Below, in pieces: positions 19,174 through 26,376 of a stretch of 34,928 bases of DNA. Both the position numbers and the translations under genes were made by a program. The first letter of the stretch is position 1. Every line of letters begins with the position of its first letter. Under the pieces are notes generated by a model. That model saw only the letters and a list, made by a program, of their open reading frames with translations. It made no database searches and was not told the DNA's origin. This stretch comes from Frankiales bacterium (GTDB taxonomy: Bacteria > Actinomycetota > Actinomycetes > Mycobacteriales > SCTD01), in NCBI GenBank assembly GCA_025965735.1, contig JAOPWK010000095.1:1-34928 (forward strand). Direction: 5' to 3'.

Positions 19174-20507
19174 GCGGAGGCCTTCTTCGAGGTGAGGACG
19201 CGGTCAAGGGCGGCGACGCCCCCGGCGAGGTCCTCGGGGCTGACGGTCAGGGCGGGGCGGAAGCGGACGCTGCGCGTGCCGCAGCCGAGCAGCAGCACGT
19301 GCTCATCCTCGCGCAGGCTGGCCAGCAGCGCGTCGCGCAGCGTCGCGGTCGGCAGCGAGAAGGCGCACATGAGGCCGCGTCCTCGTACGTCCGTCACCTC
19401 GGGGTGCTCGGCGGCGAGGTCCTCGAGCAGGCCCATGAGCACCGGGCCGAGCTCGGCGGCACGCGCGATGAGCCGTTCGCTCTCGACCACCTCGAGGATG
19501 CGGCGGGCGCGGACCATGTCGGTGAGCGAGCCGCCCCAGGTGGAGTTGATGCGGCTGGAGGTGGCGAAGACGTTGTCCGGCACCTCGTCGACGCGGCCAC
19601 CGGCCATGACGCCGCACACCTGGGTCTTCTTGCCGAAGGCGACGACGTCCGGCTGCACGCCGAGCTGCTGGAACGCCCAGGCGGTGCCGGTGAGGCCGCA
19701 GCCGGTCTGCACCTCGTCGAGCACGAACAGCGCGTCGTGCTCGTGGCACAGCGCCTGCATCGCCTGCAGGAACTCGGGACGGAAGTGGTGGTCGCCGCCC
19801 TCGCCCTGGATCGGCTCCATGACGAAGCAGGCGATGTCGTGCGGGTACGCCTCGAAGGCCGCGCGGGCCTCGGCCAGCGTCGCCGCCTCCCGCGCCTGGA
19901 CGTCGCCGTGCGAGGACGACAGGTACGGCGGCGCGATGCGCGGCCACGTGAACTGCGGGAAGCGCGCGACCTTCACCGGGTCGGTGTTGGTGAGCGACAT
20001 CGTGTAGCCGCTGCGGCCGTGGAAGGCGTCCCGCAGGTGCAGCACCTTCGTGCCGAGGGCGGGGTCGATGCCGTGGCTCTCGTTCCAGCGCGACTTCCAG
20101 TCGAACGCCACCTTGAGGGCGTTCTCGACGGCCAGCGCCCCGCCCTCGACGAAGAACAGGTGCGGCAGCCCCGGATCGCCGAGCACCCGCGCGAAGGTCG
20201 CGACGAAGCGCGCCATGGCCTCGGTGTAGACGTCGGAGTTGCTCGGCTTGTTCATCGCCGCGGTCAGCAGGTCGTCGCGGAACAGGGCGTCCTGGACCAG
20301 GGCCGGGTGGTTCATGCCGAGCGCGCTGCTGGCGAAGAAGGTGAACAGGTCGAGGTAGGACGTGCCGGTGCGGGCGTCGAGCAGCCGGCTGCCGCGACTG
20401 CCCTCGAGGTCGAGCACCATGTCGAAGCCGTCCACGAGCATGCTCTGCCGCAGGACGTCGTGCACGGTCGCCGGGGTGACGGAAGCGGGAGGCGCGATGG
20501 TCGTCAT
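19170..20507 (-). CDS. lat: L-lysine 6-transaminase (L-lysine epsilon-aminotransferase)
   Basis: It is a class-III aminotransferase with LAT-family features: FASSALGMNHP, FHGRSGYTMSLTN, EPIQGEGGDHHF, DEVQTGCGLTG, AFGKKTQVCG. Confidence 0.86.
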   Translation of the reverse strand: MTTIAPPASVTPATVHDVLRQSMLVDGFDMVLDLEGSRGSRLLDARTGTSYLDLFTFFASSALGMNHPALVQDALFRDDLLTAAMNKPSNSDVYTEAMARFVATFARVLGDPGLPHLFFVEGGALAVENALKVAFDWKSRWNESHGIDPALGTKVLHLRDAFHGRSGYTMSLTNTDPVKVARFPQFTWPRIAPPYLSSSHGDVQAREAATLAEARAAFEAYPHDIACFVMEPIQGEGGDHHFRPEFLQAMQALCHEHDALFVLDEVQTGCGLTGTAWAFQQLGVQPDVVAFGKKTQVCGVMAGGRVDEVPDNVFATSSRINSTWGGSLTDMVRARRILEVVESERLIARAAELGPVLMGLLEDLAAEHPEVTDVRGRGLMCAFSLPTATLRDALLASLREDEHVLLLGCGTRSVRFRPALTVSPEDLAGGVAALDRVLTSKKASA

Positions 20508-20595
20508 CTACCCACGGTAGACGGCGATCGTCCCGCTGACCAGCACCCTGACGGGCGATCCTCCGGCTGGATCGGTTCCTCCTAGGCTCGCCGGC

Positions 20596-22158
20596 GTGAC
20601 CACGACGCTCTACCGCAACGGCCGCGTGCGCAGCCCGGCCGACCCGTTCGCCACCGCGCTGCTCGTGGACGGCGAGACCGTCGCGTGGGTCGGCAACGAG
20701 GGCGCCGCCGACGCGCTCGGCGCGGACAGCACGGTCGACCTCGAGGACGGCTGGCTCGCGCCGGCCTTCGTCGACGCGCACGTGCACTCCACGACCGCCG
20801 GCCTGGCGCTGACCGGCCTCGACCTCGCGTCCGCGCCGTCGCTCGCGGTGCTGCTGGACCGGGTGGAGCAGGCGGCCCGCAGGGCGCGCGGGGGAGTGGT
20901 CCTCGGCACCGGCTGGGAGGAGGACGGCTGGCCGGAGGGGCGGCCGCCGACGCGGCAGGAGCTGGACCGGGCCAGCTACGGCGGCGTCGTCTACCTCGCG
21001 CGCACCGACTGCCACAGCGCCGTCGCCTCCAGCGCCCTGCTGGCGCTCACCCCGGAGATCGACGCGCCGGACGGCTGGGTGCGCGAGGAGGAGCACTCGG
21101 TCGTGCGCAAGGCCGCCTTCGCCGGGCTGACGCTGCCGCAGCGGCGCGAGGCCCAGCGGGCGCTGCGTGCGCACGCCGCGTCGCTGGGGGTCGCCTGCGT
21201 GCACGAGTGCGGCGGCCCCGGCATCGACGGCGAGGACGACTTCACCGCCCTGCTGGCCCTCGCGCGGGAGGAGCCGGGCCCGGACGTCCTGGGCTACTGG
21301 GGCGAGCTCGGCGGGGCCGTCCGCGCGCGCGAGCTGGGTGCGGTCGCGGCCGGTGGAGACCTGTTCGCGGACGGGTCGCTGGGCAGCCACACCGCGTGCC
21401 TGCACCGGCGGTACGACGACGAGGACACCACCGGCTACGCCTACCTGACGGCGGAGCAGGTCACCGCGCACGTCGTCGAGTGCACGCTCGCCGGGCTGCA
21501 GGCCGGCTTCCACGCCATCGGCGACGCCGCGCTGACCGCGGTGCTGGACGGCTACGTGGCCGCGGCGGAGCAGGTCGGGCTGGACCTCCTGCGCGCTGCC
21601 CGGCACCGGATCGAGCACGTCGAGGTGCCGCTGCCGCAGCACATCCGCGAGATGGGCCGCCTGGGCCTGGTGGCCAGCGTCCAGCCGGTGTTCGACGCCC
21701 GCTGGGGCGGCCGTGGCGGCCTGTACGAAGCCCGCCTGGGGTGGGAGCGCACCCGGGACAGCAACCCGCTCGCAGCGCTCGCTGCGGCCGGGGTCCCGCT
21801 GGCGTTCGGCTCGGACGCCCCCGTCACCCCGCTCGACCCGTGGGGCGCGGTGCGGGCTGCCGTGCAGCACCACACGCCGGCGAGCCGCTTGTCGGCCCGC
21901 GCGGCCTTCAGCGCGCACACCCGTGGCGGCTGGCGCGCAGCGCGTCGCGACGACGTGGGCGAGCTGGCTCCCGGTGCGCCCGCCACGTTCGCGGTCTGGG
22001 ACGTGCCGGGGGAGCTCGTGGTGCAGGCGCCGGACGACCGCGTGGCCGGCTGGTCCACCGATCCGCGGGCCGGAGTGGCCGGTCTGCCGGACCTGTCCGC
22101 CGACGACCCGGTCTGCCGCCGCACCGTGGTGCGCGGCCGCACGGTGTGGAGCACATGA
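20596..22158 (+). CDS. amidohydrolase-family metal-dependent hydrolase (YtcJ-like, amidohydrolase 3)
   Basis: It has FVDAHVHS near the N-terminus, HAIGD and IEHVE in the middle, and GSDAPV near the C-terminus. The start is GTG. Confidence 0.85.
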   Translation: MTTTLYRNGRVRSPADPFATALLVDGETVAWVGNEGAADALGADSTVDLEDGWLAPAFVDAHVHSTTAGLALTGLDLASAPSLAVLLDRVEQAARRARGGVVLGTGWEEDGWPEGRPPTRQELDRASYGGVVYLARTDCHSAVASSALLALTPEIDAPDGWVREEEHSVVRKAAFAGLTLPQRREAQRALRAHAASLGVACVHECGGPGIDGEDDFTALLALAREEPGPDVLGYWGELGGAVRARELGAVAAGGDLFADGSLGSHTACLHRRYDDEDTTGYAYLTAEQVTAHVVECTLAGLQAGFHAIGDAALTAVLDGYVAAAEQVGLDLLRAARHRIEHVEVPLPQHIREMGRLGLVASVQPVFDARWGGRGGLYEARLGWERTRDSNPLAALAAAGVPLAFGSDAPVTPLDPWGAVRAAVQHHTPASRLSARAAFSAHTRGGWRAARRDDVGELAPGAPATFAVWDVPGELVVQAPDDRVAGWSTDPRAGVAGLPDLSADDPVCRRTVVRGRTVWST

Positions 22159-22419
22159 ACGGCGCACAATCAAGACCCCAACAGCCGGTGTGGACCGCAC
22201 CCGTCCTGACCTGCGGAAACAGTGCAAACCTGCAGGTCAGCGGCCTGTTGACAGCCCAAGGGCGGTGCCCACTAGCCTCCCCCTCGGTCCACCAACGGGC
22301 AGGCGCTCGGGCTCAGTAGACAACGGCAGGCCGGTCGCTCCCAGCGGCCGTCAGGTCGGTCCGAAGTGCCCCGAGCGCCTGCCCCGGTGGACCCCCCGCC
22401 GGCACTGTCATCAGGCAGG

Positions 22420-23979
22420 ATGGAGCCGGTGGAGAGCCGGGCAGCCTTGAGCCTGCAGCAGCCGGCGGAGCGGGCCCTGACGCCTTCTGGGGAGCCGCCC
22501 CGCCGGCTGTCCCCGTTCCGGGGCTGGCGCCACCTGGGCGCCGTCGCCTCCGGGCTGCTGCTCTACGCCGCCTTCCCGCCCGCCGACCTGCCCTGGCTGG
22601 CCCTGCCGGCGGTCGCCCTGCTCACGCTGGTCTGCCGTGGTGCCACGGCCCGCACCGGCGCGGCGCTGGGCCTGCTGCACGGCCTCGCGCTGTTCCTGCC
22701 CCTGGTGGAGTGGACCGCGGCCAACGCCGGCATCGGCGCGCTGCTCGCGCTGGCGCTGCTGCAGGCCGCCTTCTTCGCGCTGCTCGGCGCGGCGCTGGCC
22801 GTGGTCGTCCGGGCGCCCGGCTGGCCGCTGTGGACCGCGGCGCTCTGGGTCGGCCAGGAGGCGCTGCGGGACAGGATCCCGTTCGGCGGCTTCCCGTGGG
22901 GGCGCCTGGCCTTCAGCCAGGGCGACTCGCTGCTGACGCCGCTCGTGGCGCTCGGGGGGGCGCCGCTGCTGACCTTCGTCGTCGCGCTGCTCGCCGGCGC
23001 GGTCGCCTGGTCGGTGCTGCAGCTGGTGCGCCTGCCGGTCGTCCTCGGCGCGGTGGCGCTCGCGCTCGGTGCCGCAGCGCTCGTGCCGGTGCCGACCGGG
23101 GGCGACACCGTCCGCGTCGCTGTCGTCCAGGGCAACGTGCCGCGGCTCGGGCTCGACTTCAACGCCCAGCGGGCCGCCGTGCTGTCCAACCACGTGCAGG
23201 CCACGCGGGAGCTCGCCGCCGACGTCCGCGCCGGCAGGCAGGAGGCGCCCGACCTCGTCGTGTGGCCGGAGAACGCCTCGGACCTGGATCCCTTCACCGA
23301 CCGCGACGCGTACGACGTCATCGACGCGGCGGTCAAGGACGTCGGCGTGCCGGTGCTCGTCGGAGCCGTCCTGGAAGGGCCGGGGGACCAGGTCAGCAAC
23401 GCCGGCATCGTCTGGGACCCGCAGTCCGGTCCCGGCCGCCGGTACGTCAAGCGGCACCCGGTGCCGTTCGGCGAGTACATCCCGTACCGCTCGCTGGTGC
23501 GCAAGGTGACCAGCAAGGTCGACCTGGTGCCGCGCGACTTCGCCAAGGGGGACGAGGTCGGCGTGCTGGACGTCGGCCCGGTGCGCCTCGGTGACGTCAT
23601 CTGCTTCGAGGTGGCCTACGACGACCTGGTGCGCGACGTCGTCACCGGAGGAGGAAGGCTGATCGTCGTGCAGACCAACAACGCCAGCTTCGGCCGCAGC
23701 GCCGAGACCGAGCAGCAGCTGGCCATGTCGCGACTGCGCGCCGTGGAGCACGGCCGCACCGTCCTGGTCGCCGCCACCAGCGGCATCAGCGCCGTGATCG
23801 CGCCGGACGGGAAGGTCGTCGACGACGCCCCCGTCTTCACCCGGAAGGTCCTCGTGCACGACGTGCCCGTACGCGACGGCAGCACGCTGGCGACCCGGGT
23901 GGGCGCCTGGCCCGAGGCCGCGCTGGCGCTTGCCGGCCTGGTCGGCCTCGGGCTGGCGCGTCGCCGGAGCGCCGCGTGA
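22420..23979 (+). CDS. lnt: apolipoprotein N-acyltransferase
   Basis: A multi-TM N-terminal half is followed by a CN-hydrolase domain (VVWPENASD, KRHPVPFGEYIP, ICFEVAYDDL, VQTNNASFG). ATG 22420 is preferred, but GTG 22366 is possible. Confidence 0.87.
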   Translation: MEPVESRAALSLQQPAERALTPSGEPPRRLSPFRGWRHLGAVASGLLLYAAFPPADLPWLALPAVALLTLVCRGATARTGAALGLLHGLALFLPLVEWTAANAGIGALLALALLQAAFFALLGAALAVVVRAPGWPLWTAALWVGQEALRDRIPFGGFPWGRLAFSQGDSLLTPLVALGGAPLLTFVVALLAGAVAWSVLQLVRLPVVLGAVALALGAAALVPVPTGGDTVRVAVVQGNVPRLGLDFNAQRAAVLSNHVQATRELAADVRAGRQEAPDLVVWPENASDLDPFTDRDAYDVIDAAVKDVGVPVLVGAVLEGPGDQVSNAGIVWDPQSGPGRRYVKRHPVPFGEYIPYRSLVRKVTSKVDLVPRDFAKGDEVGVLDVGPVRLGDVICFEVAYDDLVRDVVTGGGRLIVVQTNNASFGRSAETEQQLAMSRLRAVEHGRTVLVAATSGISAVIAPDGKVVDDAPVFTRKVLVHDVPVRDGSTLATRVGAWPEAALALAGLVGLGLARRRSAA

Positions 23980-24725
23980 GGGCGCCGATCGACCGGGTCC
24001 TCGTGATCGTCCCGACGTACAACGAGAAGGAGAACCTCGAGGTCATCGCGGGCCGGCTGGTCACCTCCGTGCCGGAGGCGCACCTGCTCGTCGTCGACGA
24101 CAGCAGCCCCGACGGCACGGGCGACATCGCCGACCGGCTGGCCGCGGGCGACCCCCGCGTGCACGTGCTGCACCGCAGCGAGAAGAACGGCCTGGGCGGC
24201 GCCTACATCGCCGGCTTCGCCTGGGCGAGGGAGCACGGGTACGACGTCGTGGTCGAGATGGACGCCGACGGCTCTCACCAGCCCGAGCAGCTGCCGCGAT
24301 TGCTGGCCGCGCTGGAGCACGCCGACCTCGTGCTCGGCAGCCGCTGGGTGCCAGGCGGCTCGGTCGTCAACTGGCCCAAGTCCCGCGAGATCCTCAGCCG
24401 CGGCGGCAGCGCCTACGCCCGCACGCTGCTGCGCCTGCCGGTGCAGGACGCCACCGGCGGCTACCGGGCGTACCGCCGTGAGGTGCTCGACTCGCTGCCG
24501 CTGTCCACCGTCGCCTCGCAGGGGTACTGCTTCCAGATCGACCTGGCCTGGCAGTCCTGGAAGGCAGGGTGGAAGGTCGTCGAGGTGCCGATCACGTTCG
24601 TCGAGCGCGAGCGCGGGGAGTCGAAGATGAACCGCTCCATCGTGCTCGAGGCCGTCTGGCGGGTCGCCTGGTGGGGGATCACCAGCGGTCGTTCGCGCGG
24701 CGTGCGCCCGACGCCGGCCCGCTGA
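23976..24725 (+). CDS. ppm1: polyprenol-phosphate mannose synthase (GT2, dolichol-phosphate mannosyltransferase-like)
   Basis: The product reads VIVPTYNEKENL...VVDDSSPDGTG...EMDADGSHQP...GGYRAY. The GTG start overlaps the lnt stop as GTGA. Confidence 0.87.
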   Translation: MRAPIDRVLVIVPTYNEKENLEVIAGRLVTSVPEAHLLVVDDSSPDGTGDIADRLAAGDPRVHVLHRSEKNGLGGAYIAGFAWAREHGYDVVVEMDADGSHQPEQLPRLLAALEHADLVLGSRWVPGGSVVNWPKSREILSRGGSAYARTLLRLPVQDATGGYRAYRREVLDSLPLSTVASQGYCFQIDLAWQSWKAGWKVVEVPITFVERERGESKMNRSIVLEAVWRVAWWGITSGRSRGVRPTPAR

Positions 24726-25231
24726 TGCCCGCGCTCCTGGTCGTCGCGCTCGTCGTCGTCCCGCTGGTCGAGATCTACGTCCTCGTCCAGGTCGGCCAGG
24801 TCATCGGCGCCCTGCCGACCATCGCGCTGCTGCTCGTCATGTCCCTGCTCGGGGCGTACCTGCTGCGCCGCGAGGGCGCCAGGACCTGGCGCGCGTTCCG
24901 CACCGCCCTGCAGTCCGGGCGGGTGCCGGCCAAGGAGGTGGCCGACGGGGCGCTGGTCATCCTGGGCGGCGCGCTGCTGCTCACCCCGGGCTTTGCGACC
25001 GACTTCTTCGGGCTGGCCTGCGTGCTGCCGCCGAGCCGGGCCGTGCTGCGCCGGATGCTGACCGGGGTGGTCGCCAAGCGGCTCGGGGTGGGCGGGCTGC
25101 TCGGCGGCATGGCGGCCGACCGGCTGCGGCGCCCTGGCCGCGGTACCGGTGCTGCGGGAGGCGTGGTGGACGGCGAGGTGGTCGACGACGGCTACGGACC
25201 GCCGCCTCAGCGCCCGCTCCCACCCGGCTGA
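24725..25231 (+). CDS. fxsA: FxsA family membrane protein
   Basis: The product reads PLVEIYVLVQVGQVIGALPTIALLLVMSLLGAYLLRREG...LLLTPGFATDFFGL, the UPF0716/FxsA signature. ATG 24725 shares one nucleotide with the ppm1 TGA. Confidence 0.85.
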   Translation: MPALLVVALVVVPLVEIYVLVQVGQVIGALPTIALLLVMSLLGAYLLRREGARTWRAFRTALQSGRVPAKEVADGALVILGGALLLTPGFATDFFGLACVLPPSRAVLRRMLTGVVAKRLGVGGLLGGMAADRLRRPGRGTGAAGGVVDGEVVDDGYGPPPQRPLPPG

Positions 25232-25290
25232 GGCTCAGCGCGCGGCAGCTGTAGCGCCACGCCCCGACAGCTGGCGATGTGGAGAACGCC

Positions 25291-25322
25291 GACGGGCCGC
25301 CTCCCGGAGGAGACGGCCCGTC
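25291..25322. terminator. GC-rich hairpin between convergent fxsA and rbpA
   Basis: GACGGGCCG-cctcccggaggaga-CGGCCCGTC forms a 9-bp outer stem with additional inner pairing (CCTCC/GGAGG). It lies in a 105-nt convergent spacer. There is no clear U-tract. Confidence 0.5.
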
Positions 25323-25336
25323 GTACGGCGGAGGAG

Positions 25337-25723
25337 CTAGGCGCTCTTCTTGTCCTTGGCGCGCTCGCTCTTGAGCGCCGCCTTGACCTTGCCCTGGTGC
25401 TCGTGGAGGACGGCCAGGCGCTCGGCCAGGACCTCCTCGAGCTCGTCGGTGGAGCGACGCTCGAGCAGCATGTCCCAGTGCGTACGGGCCGGCTTGCCCT
25501 TCTTCTCCTCGGGCTGCGCCCCGTCGCGGAGCAGCGCAGGTGCGCCGCACACGCGGCACTCCCAGCTGGAGGGGATCTCGGCCTCGGCGGAGAACGGCAC
25601 CTCGGTGGCGTGCCCATTGGCGCAGTCGTAGGCCGTGCGCTGACGCGGCGCGAACTCGGTGTGCCGGTCGCTCTCGTAGCTCACGGAACCGAGCCGGGTG
25701 CCTCGCAGGACGCGATCGCTCAT
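25337..25723 (-). CDS. rbpA: RNA polymerase-binding protein RbpA
   Basis: The product reads LRGTRLGSVSYESDRHTEFAPRQRTAYDCANGHATEVPFSAEAEIPSSWECRVCG...HWDMLLERRS, which closely resembles actinobacterial RbpA. Confidence 0.92.
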   Translation of the reverse strand: MSDRVLRGTRLGSVSYESDRHTEFAPRQRTAYDCANGHATEVPFSAEAEIPSSWECRVCGAPALLRDGAQPEEKKGKPARTHWDMLLERRSTDELEEVLAERLAVLHEHQGKVKAALKSERAKDKKSA

Positions 25724-25757
25724 GGGGTGCCTCCAGGGTCAGGTCGTCTGCCGTGAC

Positions 25758-25783
25758 AACGTGCAGACATCCGGGAGGATTCC
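25758..25783 (-). promoter_or_regulatory. sigma-R/sigma-H-type ECF promoter upstream of rbpA
   Basis: The minus strand reads GGGAAT-cctcccggatgtctgcac-GTTG, which is GGAAT-N18-GTT. It lies 34 nt upstream of the rbpA ATG, and a GGAGG Shine-Dalgarno lies 6 nt before the ATG. Confidence 0.6.
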
Positions 25784-25850
25784 CGGCGCCACACCGCCGA
25801 CACCTGCCGCGATCTGCTGCGGCGCCTGCTCGCACCACCCGAGGAGCCCC

Positions 25851-26294
25851 ATGCTGCTGCGCACCCGTCCCGAGACCTCCGCGCGCCGTGCACCCCTGCA
25901 GGTGCTGGTCGACCGCGCGACGCCGGCGCACCTGGCGCTGGCCCGCACCGGCAGCGGTGCATTGATGGTCCTGCGGCCGCGCGCCGTGCCGCAGGCGCTG
26001 GGCGTCGACTCCGCCACCGCCACCCGCATGGCCTGGGCCGTGCAGATGCTCGGCGCGCGTGAGCTGGCACTCGGCATCGGGACCTGGACGGCGATGCGCA
26101 ACCCGGACAAGGCGGCCTCCCGGCTGTGGGTGGCCGGCGGCGTGCTGTCCGACGGCATCGACGCGATGGCCGTGACCGCCGCGCTGCTCAAGGGCCGCGT
26201 CAGCAAGAGCAGCGGGCTCGGCCTGGTGGCCGTCGCGGCCGGGGCCGTGGCCCTCGGCGTGCGGGCGCTGCAGGAACAGGTCACAACGGTGTAG
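25851..26294 (+). CDS. hypothetical membrane protein (147 aa)
   Basis: ATG 25851 follows GAGGAG. Third positions are strongly G/C-biased, and hydrophobic segments are present ([34 protein letters not shown]). I recognise no family. Confidence 0.6.
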   Translation: MLLRTRPETSARRAPLQVLVDRATPAHLALARTGSGALMVLRPRAVPQALGVDSATATRMAWAVQMLGARELALGIGTWTAMRNPDKAASRLWVAGGVLSDGIDAMAVTAALLKGRVSKSSGLGLVAVAAGAVALGVRALQEQVTTV

Positions 26295-26376
26295 TTCGTC
26301 CGACTTGCTCAGGCATGCCCCCAGGGCGGCCGAGGACCGATACAACATCAGTCACTCGAACCCCAGGAGGCGCGCC

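Noticed and set aside
19303-22227. 974-aa minus-strand ORF, the longest in the track.
   Set aside because: It runs off-frame through lat and antisense through the amidohydrolase gene. Its translation is an Arg/Ala/Gly/Pro-rich string with no recognisable domain. This is typical of spurious open frames in very GC-rich DNA.
22155-22319. 54-codon ORF, ATGA-coupled to the amidohydrolase stop.
   Set aside because: By hand count, roughly one third of its codons end in A/T. Confident genes here end almost exclusively in G/C. It also contains the hairpin and the promoter-like hexamers. It is kept only as a note within the intergenic finding.
22279-22410. C-rich runs in the lnt leader, considered as a 6C-type small RNA.
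   Set aside because: I could not fold two convincing stem-loops that present the C-runs in loops, and the genomic context does not match what I recall for 6C RNA. It can only be decided by a covariance-model scan.
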